A stretch of DNA of 64,000 nucleotides from Mantamonas sphyraenae STR306. Its lineage: Eukaryota; Protista; CRuMs. The stretch spans positions 124,001 through 188,000 of the forward strand of contig JAPMXV010000009.1 of NCBI GenBank assembly GCA_026936335.1. Reading direction: 5' to 3'. How positions within the stretch are numbered: the stretch's first letter is position 1; the number at the start of each line of letters is the position of its first letter. Under the pieces are notes generated by a model. That model had not been told where the DNA came from and ran no database searches. It saw nothing but the letters and a program-made list of their open reading frames with translations. The translations under genes were made by a program, and so were the position numbers. Below are positions 1 through 12,218 of the stretch, piece by piece.

Positions 1-702
1 ATCGTGCAGATTGGTCATCTGCTGCATCAGCTCTACAAACCCCACCTCGCTCAGCCCGTACCGAGGATCCTCCACCGTGTGAAACCATTTCATCACCTGC
101 AGACGCGACGTTTTGCTGTATAATGAGTCGTAAACCGTCTGTTCGTCCTTCGATCGCTCTTCCCTGTCCAGTTTTTCCTTCGCTCCGTCGTCCTGGGGCC
201 CGTTGCCTCCACTTCCATTCCCGCTCCCGGCCCCGCTCCCTGTGCCCGCCGAGCCGTCCCCTTCTTCCCCCGTTGTTGTTCGATACTTGGCACTGCTCGA
301 CCCTATCCTCGACCGCAGCACCCCTGCCGACGTGCGTCCTCCGTGTCCGCTATCGTCCCCGTCGCCTCCTCCGTCCCTCGATGAGGAACCACCCGGTGAC
401 GCCCCGGCCCCAGCACTGCCTACTCCCACACCCGATCCGTTGCTCCCTGCCTTGTTCCCTCCCATGCCCACACTCATGCTCATGCTCATGCCGATGCTCT
501 CGCTACGCCTCCGCTTCAGCAGTGGCGACAACTCTCCTCCGCCAGGCTGTCCGCCATCCCCCCCTTCGTCCGCAGGCGTCAACGAATACCGCCGTTGCCG
601 CTCCCACGGCCGTAGTGCATACGTCCGCTCCAACACATCCGCCTCCTCCTGTTCGTTCAACTGCTGGATGATCGAGGTGACAAACTCAAGTTGCACCTCC
701 AT
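1..702 (-). CDS. Partial gene running off the left edge; G/S-rich low-complexity N-terminus followed by a folded region, possibly EF-hand (EFCAB9-like)
   Basis: Minus frame has no stop from 747 to 1, with ATG at 702 (MEVQLEFVTSIIQQLNEQ...). It ends at the edge as LQVMKWFHTVEDPRYGLSEVGFVELMQQMTNLHD. Not in the ORF track because no stop lies inside the window. The EF-hand resemblance is weak. Confidence 0.6.
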   Translation of the reverse strand, partial: MEVQLEFVTSIIQQLNEQEEADVLERTYALRPWERQRRYSLTPADEGGDGGQPGGGELSPLLKRRRSESIGMSMSMSVGMGGNKAGSNGSGVGVGSAGAGASPGGSSSRDGGGDGDDSGHGGRTSAGVLRSRIGSSSAKYRTTTGEEGDGSAGTGSGAGSGNGSGGNGPQDDGAKEKLDREERSKDEQTVYDSLYSKTSRLQVMKWFHTVEDPRYGLSEVGFVELMQQMTNLHD

Positions 703-817
703 CTCCTGCGCGTCTTCTTTGCACAGGCTGGCGCAGCCTCCCACCACCTACCCAAGATCCACACACTCCCTTCCTCACGCCATCCCATGGTCCACACACT
801 CTCTCTCTTCTTTTTTT

Positions 818-3800
818 TTATGCTTCGTCTTGCTCCTCCTCCTCTTCCTCGTCGTCTTCCGGAGGTGGCGGCGGAGGAGCCTCGTCCTCCCCAGCACCCG
901 CGCTCCCGCTGCTGCTCCCTGCGCCTGTGCTCTCCTCTGCCCCCTTGCCCTTCTTGATCACCACCTCGCCACGCAGGTACGGCTCCAATTCCTTGCACAG
1001 ATCCGCGTAACCCTGCATCATGCCCTGCTGCAGCAAGTCCGCCTTGCCCACGTACTCTTCGTTCAGCGCCAAGCCATCCTTGCATGCGTCCAGGAACGCC
1101 ACAAACTGGTTCGTCAGCTCTTCCACCAGTTCCGGCGGGTTCGGGTTGTTGGCCAGTCCCAGGAACGACTCGGCGATTTCCATCGAGCCTGCGTTGACCG
1201 TAATCAGCACGGAGCCCTGCAGACTTTGCTGCAACGTCACAATGTTGGCCTTGGTTGTGTTGGCAATGTCCTTGCGGATTTTCAGCACACGATCTCGGAT
1301 GGCTTCGATTCCCACCTCGATCGGCTGCATCTCCACGCTGCTCTTGCTCGTGATGCGCAGTCGCTTCTTCATGTACGGGAACGACGTCTCGGTGCTCAGA
1401 ATCGTCTTGCGCTTCCACTGCTCTGACGTCGGGCCTTGCGTCTTGCCGCTCAGCGTAAACGGCGTCACGTACTCAAACTGCGTCAGGTTCGTGCCCCGCT
1501 CGTAGATCGTCTGCCGGTTGCGCTCCTCCATCGGATCGTGATGCGGCGTCATCGCCGTAATCTGCAGGTACAGCTTGTCCGGATTCAGTTTCGATCGGTC
1601 CACGTCTCGCGAGTCCGGCAGCACCTCCACGTTCTCCTCACCGTACTTGCCGTAGAACACCGTCTTCAGCCGCTCCGACAGCTCAAACAGATGCGTCAGT
1701 TTCGGTTCCTTGTAGATAAACTCGGTGCCGTCCAGCTGGCCGCACAGCGCACCGTAGAAGCCCACACGGTAGTACTTGCCCAGCAGACGAGACTCGGTCG
1801 CTTCCCCCTGCACAATGTCCAGGAAGCACTGCTGCAGGTCCGCGTGGGCGTCCGCAAGTTCTTGGAACATGCGCAGCCGTTCGTACAGCGGCAGCAGGAT
1901 CTTGTACACGTCGTTTGCCTTTTCCATCAGCCCTGCGGCCTTGAAGTGCTCGATGCACTGGCGCAGCAGGTTCATCAGTCCCTCCTTGCTGAAGTACTTG
2001 TGCGTGATCAGGCCCTCCTGCTCCTCGTCCAGGCCCACATCGAACGGCGCCTCCTCCTCAGCCACCGACGGGTGGATGTGCACAAACGCCCCATAGCCAC
2101 CCACCGTCATCATCGATTGGTCCAGCTTGGCCAGTTCAGCGTCGTCCATCCCGGCCTCCTCCGCCTCTGCCACCTGTTGCTGCTCGTACACCAGCAGGTA
2201 CTCTGTGATCAGGGTCGCCGCATGCACCATCGTCATCCCTGCCTCGGCGTACTGTTCGTGCTTCACGTGAAAGTCCGCCAGCGACTCCAACCACGTCAGT
2301 CGCAGATCCGGTGCGTTGATGTACCCCTGCGCAATGCGGTACATCAGATCCGCCTGCATTTCCGGGTCGTCCTTGTGCTTCATCAGCGTCATCGAGTCGC
2401 GCAGGATGTTGCTCAGGTTGTCCATGAGACCGTGCACCTCCTCCACAAACGCCTCGTTCATCTCCACCACGTCTTCGTCCGCATAGCGCGGAATCGAAGC
2501 CATGGCACGGCGCACAAAGATGTCCTCCTGCAGGTTGGCGCCCACCAGCTTGTTCAGCGACACAGTCGTCTGCATCTTCATGCGCGTGATGTTGCCTCGC
2601 TCCAGGTTGTTCTCCCGCAGCAGCAGGTACACCAGCGCCGTGGCCTCGCGACGCGTCACCTTGTTGCGATCGTTGCAGTAGCGCAGAATCTCAAACACCA
2701 GCTCCTGGATGTAGTGCACGTTGGGCGCAAACAGCACACGGCGGAAGTGCAGCACGTAGTACCGCAGCACCGAAAACACGGCCGACAGCGATCGCTGCGT
2801 TTGCGGCAGACGCAGAAGCACCATGATCAAGTCAAACGTCGCTTGCATCGCCTTGCTCGGGTTGCCCTCGTTTGTCAGCAGGTTCAGCTGCGCGTCAAAG
2901 TTGCTCATCTGCGCAAACTCAAACAGCGTGTCCACCACCGTCAGCGCTGCCTCCACAAACAGGTTGCTCTCCTTGGCCGTGCTGATTTTCACCGGCTCCG
3001 TCTCACGCAGCGTGTTGTACGTCGTCGTCATTGTGCGCTTGGTCTTGAACTGCCGCGTGCCAAACTCCTCGCCCGTCGACAATTGGTCGCCCACATTCAC
3101 CGCCTTGTTGTTGGCCATACTCTTGTGTGCACTCTTCCACCCTCGCTCCGTGCCCACGTTGCGTCCGCGTGCCGTTGAGCGTCCGCCGCCCATCGAGTAC
3201 ATGCTTTCCAGCATGGCCTTGGTGGCACTCGTGCTCGACTTGCTCGCCGCCTCGCTTTCCATCTCCGTCAACTTCTCCACACCCAGGTAGCGGAACACCT
3301 GCGCACAGCCCACCAGCAGCTTCCAGAAGCCCAGCATGTCGCGCTGCGTGCATACCTTTTGCCACCAGTCCCGCAGCAGCCGCGGCGACGTGTTGCGGAT
3401 TACGTACAGGAATGAGATCAGCACGTCGCGCTTCTCGTCGTCGTCCATCTTCATGATCAGCTCCTGGTCGTCCACCATCAGCACCACGACGGAGAAGTAC
3501 AGGTCCATCACCCGTTGCCTGCGGCGCCTGTCCTTGTACCGCGGGTCAAAGTTGTGTCGCGCCAGAATCTGCCGCAGCGTACGGTACGCCTTGGCGCGGA
3601 TCTCCTTTTCCGCGTGTCCCAGGTAGCCCACCGTGTCCATGATCAGCAGGCCCGCCAGGTAGTGCTTCTTGCACAGCGAGTCCACAAACTGCGTGTCCTC
3701 CTGGATGTCCTCCACAAACGGCAGGTTCAGCGGCACGTAGTGCTCGTACGTGGTCACAATCTTGAGAAACTCAAACTTGATCTCAATCGTCACCTCGGTG

Positions 3801-6800
3801 GCGCTCACGGGCGAGCAGATCTCTTCCACCGTGCGCGAAATCATGTCAAACACGTGGCCGCGGTTCATGATGGCAAAGAGGTCCTTCAGGAAGTAGGCCA
3901 GGTTGCGGTTCAGATCCTTGGCCAGCGTCAGGCCCTTCTTGGACCGCTCGTGGATCTCCACCGCCAGCAGCTGCACCAGCGACTTGAGCCTGCGAATGAA
4001 CTGGATGTCCAGATAGTCCACGCGTGCGCGTGCGTCCATGAGCACCCCCTGGTCCTGCAGCTGCATGGTGATGCTCTTGACCATCAGGTCAAAGTAGAAC
4101 CACGCCACACGCAGGAAGGGCTCCAGCACAGCCCACGCCTGCTCGTTGACCACCAGCTCCAGCAGCAGCGTCACGAGTCGCTCGTACAGCGGCTTCTCCT
4201 CGCTGTGGTGCTTAAACACATAGTTGATGTATCCCGTCAGGTACGGCGAACGGTTTTGCCCGTGGTAGGCCATTTGCACCTTGTGCACGACCACTGCCAG
4301 CGTCTGGATCACTTCGCGCTGGCAGTCTCGCGATCGCTCCACAATGGCCCGCAGAAGGATGTCCAGAATCAGCGGCGCAAAGCGCACCAGCGTCTCGTCG
4401 TCCAGGTCGCGCAGATCCTGCACGCTCTCTGCAAACGCGTGTGTGTTCTTGTCCAGCAGCGCACGCTGTTCCGTGCTCAGTTCGCTCTTGTTCTGCGGCA
4501 GACCCGCGGGCAGCTCGTAGCAGTGCAGAAAGGTGTTGAGGGCGGCCTGTTGCGCGTACACCGACGACACCAGCTTGGTGCGCACGCGCAGCACGGGCTT
4601 GCCGTTGTCCGCCATGTTCTTCTTGCTGAACTCCTGGCCAAAGTAGTCCTCTTCGTTGTAGTGAGTGACCACCACCAGGTCGTGCACGCCGTCCTGCACC
4701 ACCACGTTGTCCTCGTACAAGCGCAGGTACGCCTGTCCGCCCAACGTCTCCAGGTGCCTGTCCTTCTCCTTCTTCTTAAACTCACACTGGATGTGATAGA
4801 CGCTAAACAGCAGATGGTGGCCCGGCTGCAACACCCACGGCAGGTCGACCTTGATCTCCGTACCCAGATTCACACTCTTCTGGTGATGGATGGTGTGTGT
4901 ACGTGCGTACAGCTCGCGTTCACCTGTCAAATACGAGTCGGGCGCGTACATGGCTGGCACGGGCTCGCCCAGCGGATCGTCGTTGGCTCGCAGCTCCACC
5001 TGCACACAAATGTTGCGCACCGTACCCTTGCCCGGGTTCTTGTTCATGTCCACCGAGTCCACGTACAGGTAGAGGTGGTTCACGTACGCTTGGTGCGGCA
5101 CCAGCTGCGGCGCAAAGGGAAACTCGGCCACCTCCTTGGCCACAATGCCGTTCCAATCAAAGTCCGACTCGGCACCGGGCACGTGCATGGTGACGCCCCC
5201 AGCCGACGACGACGCCGACGACGCCTCAGACGAGGTGGAATCGCGCTGTTCCTTGCCTTTGTCCTTGCCTCCCTTGGTCTTGCCTCCCTTGCCCTTGCCC
5301 TTGGTTTTGCTCGTGTCCACACTGTCCTTGAGCAGCACGGGCACATTGCGCGGGTCCAACAGCTCAACCTGGTCCAGGTGCTGCTGCTGTGTGGAAAAGG
5401 CCACCACGAGCATGCCCGGCACCGTTTTGGGCAGGCGCTTGGCGTTGCCCGCGCTCAATTCGTTCATGTTTTCGATGTACCATTCGTCAGAGGTGTCCTT
5501 GGGCAGCACCTGGTACATGGGATCAAACTCGATGTCGCCCACGAGCAGCGGAGCGCCTTCGCGATCAAACACGGGGCGCGCAGTCCATGCAAACGGCTGC
5601 CGGTAGTTCTTCAGCCGCTGGCAATACTCCTTGGCCGCATCACGTCGCTTGTCCGTCTCCTTGGTGTTTTTGTGCGTCTCCTTCATGTACAGCTTCATGG
5701 ACGAGTCGTAGTCGCCCTCGAGCACCTTGTACACACGCAGCAGCATCCAGATGTTTGGCGTGCGACGTGAGATGTTGAACACTCCGGTGGCAGTGAGCCG
5801 TGCCGTCTGTTCCACCATTTGCATCTGTACGTCGTCGTTCACATCAAACCAAAACTCCTCGCTCAGACGCACACCCTTGTTGATTTCAAACAGCGTCAGG
5901 CAGCAGAAGAACGGCTCCAACGGCCCGGCCGGCAGAATCAGCACCTTGCCACTGGCCATCAGTTGCATGCCTCGCTCCTCCTGCATCGGCTGGCCAAACT
6001 CGCGCGGGTCGTTGTACAGCTCGTCCTTCTCACCGCCACGCTCCTGAAACACCTGGAACAGATCCACGCGCTTGGATTCGTCCTGTGGGTGGTGGAGGGC
6101 GCAGGTGCAAGGCACATGTCATGTCGGCAGCCGGCGCGTGGGGCCCGTGTGTGAGACTTGTGGCTGGGACGGGGCGAGTGGGGTGGGAAATGCGGAGGTG
6201 GGCAAGGCGGTGCAAACGGGCACGTGTGGTGGCAGACCGACACGCAGGCATCCCGAGGCTGTGGGTGGACAGTCACACGTACGCGCAGCTCAGTCTCCCA
6301 GGACGGGAGCTGTTCAGAGGCCGGAGAGACGAGCAGGATGTCGAGTTCGTCGTCGGTGGAATCCAATCCCTCGTCGACGGGAGCGTCGCTCTTGTCGTCC
6401 GCCGGATTCTGGAACATGGTGGTGAGCTTGCTTTCAGTTTCTGCCTCTCCTTTCACTGTGGATGGACGGTGGGTCGAGGGCCAGGCCCGGTGGGGCCAGT
6501 AACGCATGTGTGTGAGCGCGAGGGCCGGCAAAGGGCGAATGGACGCAAAGGGAGGGTCTTGCCTTTTGCGTTGCGGTCGAGCTCAAACACGTGCTTGGGC
6601 ATCTCCTCCTCCTTGAGTTTGGTGGCCTCGATGGCCTCCACTTGGTATTGACGCTGGGTGACCACGTAATCCTGGCTCATGAGCAGCATTTGCTGACGCA
6701 CGGCCGCCGGCGTTTGCTCGTCTTCCAGCGCTCCCTCCTGCGAGGATTTGCGTGCAAAGGTGCGAAACGGGCCACGTGTGGCGCATCGGGAGACACTTGG

Positions 6801-7253
6801 GTCAGTAGACACACACAAAGGGGCAAAAGAACAAGGCATGTGGCGGGTGACGACACGTACAGGAATGGAGGCGTTGACGGTGCGCTGCACGTGTGGGCGG
6901 CGCTCGACAACGACGTCGTCCTCCGGGAAGGCCACGAGATCCTGGAGCGGTTCGTCTTCGATGGCAGCCTGGCGATGCATGGATTCAAAGTCCAGGGGCA
7001 TGCGGTCCCACTCTTCGCCCGGGTTCAGGGCATCGTTCTCCTCGGCAGTCATCTCCTTCATGGCGCCCATGCGGCCCGATTTGCGCAGGGTGCGGATCTT
7101 GGGCGTCGACGAGGCAGAGCCCGTCGACGCCTCGTCGTCCTCTGCAGCAGCCGAGGAGGAGGCGATAGCCAAGTCCTCCTCGTCCTCCTCGTCTTCAATG
7201 TCCACGGGACCCACGTCCAGATCGGCCAGTTCATCGAGGTCGTTGCCAGACAT
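818..7253 (-). CDS. DOCK-C/D family Rho GEF (DOCK6/7/8-like; no PH domain seen). Predicted exons 7253-6861, 6737-6563, 6455-6283, 6082-818
   Basis: N-terminal DLVAFPEDDV..RTVNASIP motif, DHR-1/C2 (YVNHLYLYVDSVDM..RNICVQVEL), DHR-2 (APDLRLTWLESLA, YYRVGFYG, FIYKEP, LQGSVLITVNAGSMEIAESFL). Intron phases are consistent. Confidence 0.93.
6456..6562 (-). other. Predicted GC-AG intron (DOCK intron 2)
   Basis: Donor AAAG|GCAAGA, acceptor CCACAG|TG. The phase-1 join gives RNAK-V-KGEAETESK and removes an in-frame TGA at 6455-6453. Confidence 0.65.
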
Positions 7254-7316
7254 GGTGTTGGCTGTGGATTTGGTTGGGTGTGGGGTGGTGAACGGTGGAT
7301 GTCCATTGACCTCTTC

Positions 7317-8213
7317 TCAATCGCCCGTGTAGCTCTTTGCAAACCGCCGCATGCGCTCCATGACTTTGCCAGCCTCATGGACAGTGTTTGGATCCATGCC
7401 TGCCTCGACAAGCAGGAGAAAGCATTCCCCGGTTTCGGGCGTTCCCAGCAATTGGGCAACTTCGAGTGGGTTCGCATAGCATCCTTCTTGGTGTACATCG
7501 GCACCTGCGTTCAATAGCGTGCGCAGGATGTTCGGAAAGCCGTGGATCGCGGCTGTGTGCGCGGGAGCCAAGCCGTTGTGTCCCGTCCTGTTCACATCGG
7601 CCCCATGCTCAAGAAGGACATCCACCACGTCTTTCCATCCAAAACTGCAGGCTGCACACAAGGCAGTACGGCCGTCTGCCCGTTGCACGTTGGGAGAGAC
7701 TCCCGAACGGAGGAGCAGGGACAAAACCCCTGCGGAATTGCTGCTGACGGCTCTCACAAGCAAACCAGCCACATCATTCTCTTCCATGTCCTCCAAGGTG
7801 GCACCCGCGTCCACAAGAAGCGTGGTTGTGTCGCGATGCAGGTTCTGTGCCGCCAGTGCGAGTGCGTTCCACCCGTCGAACTTCCGGAGCGTCAGATCCG
7901 CCCCAAGCTCCAACAACGCCTGCACCGTGTCGCTATGCCCACTTCGTGCCGCCCACATCAGAGCTGTCCATCCGTCGTCACGTGTGGCGTCTATGTGCGC
8001 GCCTGCTTCCACCAGCGCTTCCACCAACTCCACCCGGTTCTGCATGGCAGCAAGCATCAGTGCAGTCGTGCCGTTGGATGTAGTGCCATTTGGGTCCGCC
8101 CCTGCTTTCAGCAACTCCATCGCTGCCTCGACATTTCCAGCCTCAAGCCGTTGGCACAGTTTGGACTCTTGCAAAGACATGGTGGCGTTTTCATTGGCTC
8201 CGCCATCGGCCAT
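7317..8213 (-). CDS. Ankyrin-repeat protein (~7 repeats), intronless; alternative start at 8180
   Basis: Repeated GxTALxxAA...G..D.V..LL..GAD motifs (GTTALMLAA, GWTALMWAA, GWNALALAA, GRTALCAAC, GLAPAHTAA). Confidence 0.9.
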   Translation of the reverse strand: MADGGANENATMSLQESKLCQRLEAGNVEAAMELLKAGADPNGTTSNGTTALMLAAMQNRVELVEALVEAGAHIDATRDDGWTALMWAARSGHSDTVQALLELGADLTLRKFDGWNALALAAQNLHRDTTTLLVDAGATLEDMEENDVAGLLVRAVSSNSAGVLSLLLRSGVSPNVQRADGRTALCAACSFGWKDVVDVLLEHGADVNRTGHNGLAPAHTAAIHGFPNILRTLLNAGADVHQEGCYANPLEVAQLLGTPETGECFLLLVEAGMDPNTVHEAGKVMERMRRFAKSYTGD

Positions 8214-8220
8214 CGCCCAG

Positions 8221-8937
8221 TCAACCCTGTGAATACCCTACCTGCAGTTTGTACACTCGTGGGCCGCGCTTAAGCAGGTAATTTTGTGTGTTGAGCATCT
8301 CCATGAAGCCCCAAAAGTCGTGCATGGCCACGCCGACCTCCTCGGCATACCGCTTGAGATCGGACACGTTAAACTCGTAGCAGTGCAACCTTTGTGCCAC
8401 GCGGTTGAGATGTGCCACAAACTGAGTCACCTGCTTCTTCTTGCTCATGCCCGTGGAGCGCGTAAAATCCACCACACCGTTCTCGTCCACAAACGTGTCG
8501 AACAACGACTCCTTCATGAGTTCCACGACGTCACGCGCGTCCTGCTCCAGTACAATCTCGCGCAGTTCGAGCCTCGCACGCGCCTCTGCCAACCGGATCA
8601 GCGCCTCCAGCTGCCGGGTGGTGATTGGTGTCGAATCTGCGCTGTGGTAGTTCTTGCGCAGCGTCAGATAGAAATCCTGCAGCACACGACGTGCTGCGTT
8701 TGATAACCTTGGATGCACAAACTTGCGTGCATATGTGATGTACACGCGAAGCAGCGACGCAGGTATGGGTTCAAACTTATCGTCGTCGTCGTCATCGTCA
8801 TCATCGTCGGCATCGCCAAGCCCGTGCCTGCGCATTTCAGCCAACTTGCGATGAAGGGCGTTGGGTGCACGCAGTCGCTCCAGAATCGGTTTCGAGGGCG
8901 AGTCGTCCAGGCCTGGAATCTGGAGCCGGGATCCAGA

Positions 8938-8975
<38 letters not shown>

Positions 8976-11030
8976 GCTTTTCCGGTGATTCACTTGCCCA
9001 TCCAGAGCCAAATGCCAGGCGCGGAGTGGTGTGCAGTGAACCTGAACCGCGGCTGTTCTTGGTGGGGGTCACAAGGTCGTCCACCTCGTTGGACGTGTTG
9101 CGCTGCCTGGAGTTGCTTGCACTGTGCAGACTGATCACATGCTCAGACAGAAAGTGGTCCATCTCTTCGTCGGGTTTGTCCAGCAGGACAAAGATGAGGT
9201 CGAAACGCGAGAGAATGGTCGGCGGCAACTTCAGATTCTCGGGAACCGTCTTGGCCCGGTTGTAGTGACCTCCGGCTGGGTTTGCGGCTGCAATGACACT
9301 CGTGCGTGCAGGCAGCGTGCACACAAGGCCTGCTTTGGCCACGCTGATGCTTTGCTGCTCCATGGCCTCGAGGAGGGCAGGGTGTTCTCCGCCCATCTTG
9401 TCAAACTCGTCGATGCAACAGCAGCCCTGGTCGCCCAGCACCAGAGCGCCGGCCTCCAGGGCAAAGTCGCCCGAGATGGGGTCTTTGAGCACGGTGACAG
9501 TAAGACCAGACGTGGTCGTTGTGTTGCCGCACACGTACACCCCACGAGGCGACAACTGCGAGACCGCATGCAGCATCTGGCTCTTTCCCAGGCCCGGATC
9601 TCCGACCACCAGGACGTGTGGGTCGCCACGGATGCTCACCTTGCTCTTGTCCTGCGCATACTTTGCAGAACCGCCAAACAGGGCAAGCGCAAGTCCAGCT
9701 TTGACCAGCTCGTGGCCGTAGATGGCCGGACAGATGCTGTTCACAATTAGACGAAAGAGCTGGTCGACGTCGCTGATGTGTTGGATGGCATACAGGTCTT
9801 TGATGGAGAACTGCATAAAGTTCATCGTGCCGGTTTCCTGCTCCTTTGTGTTTTGCACCGAGTTGGCGTCGATGTACAGGAAGAACATGGTGCGGCTCTT
9901 GCGGGGACCACTCTCGCTGCTCAGTGCCTTGACTACACCGGACACGGTGACAATGTCACCAGGCACGCAACTGTCCACGAGATCGTCCGTAAGTTCGCAC
10001 TCCACCGTCCGTGGCACGCGTCCCGAGCCCATCGCATCGTCGCTTAAGATCTCCTGCACGCGCACCTTTTGCCAGTCGCGTGTCACTGCCTTTGTGCGAT
10101 GCGGCTCAAACATGGTCGAGCGACAGCCCGTGAGGCCGCAGCGCTGCGGCACCTCAAACTTGCCGTCGCGGAAATTGACCCAGAAGTGGGTGTTGCACTT
10201 GATGCACTCGAATTGCATCTTTTGCACCACCGGTTTGATGATGCTCACGCGGATCACCGTGCCGCGAATGCTGATAAACTTGCCCAGCGAGTTGGCCTTG
10301 AGCGACTTGAGCAGTGTAAACGGCTGGTAGTTCAAAAGGCGGACGTTGATGCGCACCTCGCTTGCTTCAAGCTCCTTCAGCAGCTCCGGGTCTTCCATCT
10401 CCTCCTGGGTGGGTTTGAACGCAACATGGTGGGCCGCCAACGCCAAACATGCGAGCGTCGTCTCCGGATCCTCCTGCACCGTTGTGGACATATGATGAAG
10501 ATCACTATCACTCAGCAGTGATTGAAAGTCCACCTGGATGGCGCCCGTTTTGACCACCTCCTCCTGTGTGTGTGTGGATGCGCCGGGGTGTGAGCACTTT
10601 CGCGGCGGGGTTCTCGGGAACCCAAAAAAGTGGCGCCAACAACCACCCTCGGCGACCCGTCCCGCGCGGTAGAAACACATGCACATGGTACGGCCCAACG
10701 TACGCGATCTACAAGCTTTCGATGCTTGGTTTGAAAGAACTTCACCATGTTTTCGATGCGATTTATACGGGTGTCGACCGTGGAAAGATCGGACTCGGGA
10801 AAGTAGAGGTCCCAACCACGGTACTGGGTGCTGCCATAGGACGGCTCCACCATCAGTGGCAGTGGTTGTGCGCCTTGATGGAACACCGGTGAAGACGAGC
10901 GACTGTAGCCGCCCCCGCCGCCTCCATGTGCACGCCGGCCACCGCCACCGCCGCCTCCACGCCCTCTGCCACGACCCCTTCCACGTGAATACCCTCCACC
11001 GCGTTTTCCATACCCTCCTTTGGCGGGCAT
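8221..11030 (-). CDS. MCM8: DNA helicase MCM8; exons 11030-10704 and 10563-8221
   Basis: N-terminal YRGWDLYFPE motif, zinc finger (CIKC..CGLTGC), Walker A GDPGLGKSQML, CCIDEFDKM, AANPAGGHY, SRFD arginine finger, TTRQLE, C-terminal NYLLKRGPRVYKL. GTACGT..ACAG intron. Confidence 0.93.
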
Positions 11031-11101
11031 TTGCTGTTGTGTTGGTTGGGATTGGGGATTGGAATTTGCCGCGCGACCCTGCCAAACCCAGTTTTCCCGG
11101 C

Positions 11102-12127
11102 ATGCGCGTCAAGGTGAAGCACCCAAACGGGGAAGATGCGCTGGATCTGGAGGACACGGCGACGCGGGACGACCTGGAAGCACTGGTGATGAGCGTGTCT
11201 GGCATCCTGCCCAACTGCCAGCTGCTGCAGATTGCAGGGTTCCCACGCCGCACCACCATCGAGTGCGGCGCAGACGACCAGCTCGCCTCGTCGGTGGGGC
11301 TGCAGGACGGCGACATGATCTTTGTCAGCGAGACGGAGCCTCGTGAGGAGGAGGAGGAGGAAGACGAAGACGAGGACGAGGAGAACGAGGCGGAAGCAAG
11401 CGCAGACGCCATGGCGACCGAGCAGGTGTCCTCGTCCACACACACATCCCACGCGTCCACGTCGACGGTAACACTGCCAGAGCCCGTGTATTCCACGCAG
11501 CATCCGGCCCAGTTGATTGACAGCGGCGACACAGTGGTGCGCCGAGTGATCGATGCCGACAACTCTTGCCTTTTCAACGCCCTCACGTACCTGTTGGAGG
11601 GTGACAAGACGCTAGGGTACAAGTTGCGGAGTCTGGTGGCTGAGGAGGTGGCCAAGGACCCCGAAACGTACAGCGAGGTGGTGTTGGAGAAGAGCAACGC
11701 GGCCTACTGCCAGTGGATCCTCCGCGACGAATCCTGGGGTGGGGCACTGGAATTGGGCATTCTCAGCCACGCTTACCGCACACAAATCCGTGTGTTTGAC
11801 ACACAATCCAAACGCATCGACTCGTACGGCGATGGGTATGCGCAGTGTGTGTTTTTGATCTACGACGGCGTTCATTTCGACGCCCTGGCCGCCACCGCCA
11901 GTCCTGACTACCCGGACGACCTGGACATCCGCATTTTCAATCCCAACGATGACATTGCCATTGCCAAGGCGCAGGCTGTGGCGGAGGAGGCGAACAAGGC
12001 GAGGCAGTTCACCGACACGGCCAACTACACGCTTCGCTGCCTTGTCTGCCAACAGGGGCTCAAGGGAAACGAGGAAGCGGTGCAACATGCAACCAGCACG
12101 GGACACACCAACTTTGCCGAGTTTTGA
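11102..12127 (+). CDS. YOD1: Deubiquitinase OTU1/YOD1 (Ubl + OTU + C2H2 zinc finger)
   Basis: DADNSCLF catalytic Cys, WGGALEL, YDGVHFDAL, terminal LRCLVCQQGLKG..QHATSTGHTNFAEF. ATG at 11102. Confidence 0.92.
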   Translation: MRVKVKHPNGEDALDLEDTATRDDLEALVMSVSGILPNCQLLQIAGFPRRTTIECGADDQLASSVGLQDGDMIFVSETEPREEEEEEDEDEDEENEAEASADAMATEQVSSSTHTSHASTSTVTLPEPVYSTQHPAQLIDSGDTVVRRVIDADNSCLFNALTYLLEGDKTLGYKLRSLVAEEVAKDPETYSEVVLEKSNAAYCQWILRDESWGGALELGILSHAYRTQIRVFDTQSKRIDSYGDGYAQCVFLIYDGVHFDALAATASPDYPDDLDIRIFNPNDDIAIAKAQAVAEEANKARQFTDTANYTLRCLVCQQGLKGNEEAVQHATSTGHTNFAEF

Positions 12128-12218
12128 GTGCTGAATTTGAGCGGGAAGGAGGCGCTTTGGGGACCAGGACAACAACTGCCGAAAAACCACACCCCACACA
12201 CCCACTCCATAGCCCCCG

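Noticed and set aside
1436-5770. Long plus-strand ORFs (580 and 751 aa), also 15768-18614 (+), 31271-32707 (+) and 61074-63131 (-)
   Set aside because: Antisense shadows of DOCK, NCX, NST1 and the ARM gene, caused by GC-rich codon bias; no recognisable motifs.
7317-8241. Spliced MCM8-ankyrin fusion through the CAG|GTAGGG donor
   Set aside because: No convincing in-phase acceptor or branch point, and MCM8 already ends at its normal C-terminal motif.
10564-11697. N-terminal part of the 1158-aa ORF 8221..11697
   Set aside because: It reads through the MCM8 intron and antisense to OTU1; the true exon 1 starts at 11030 in another frame.
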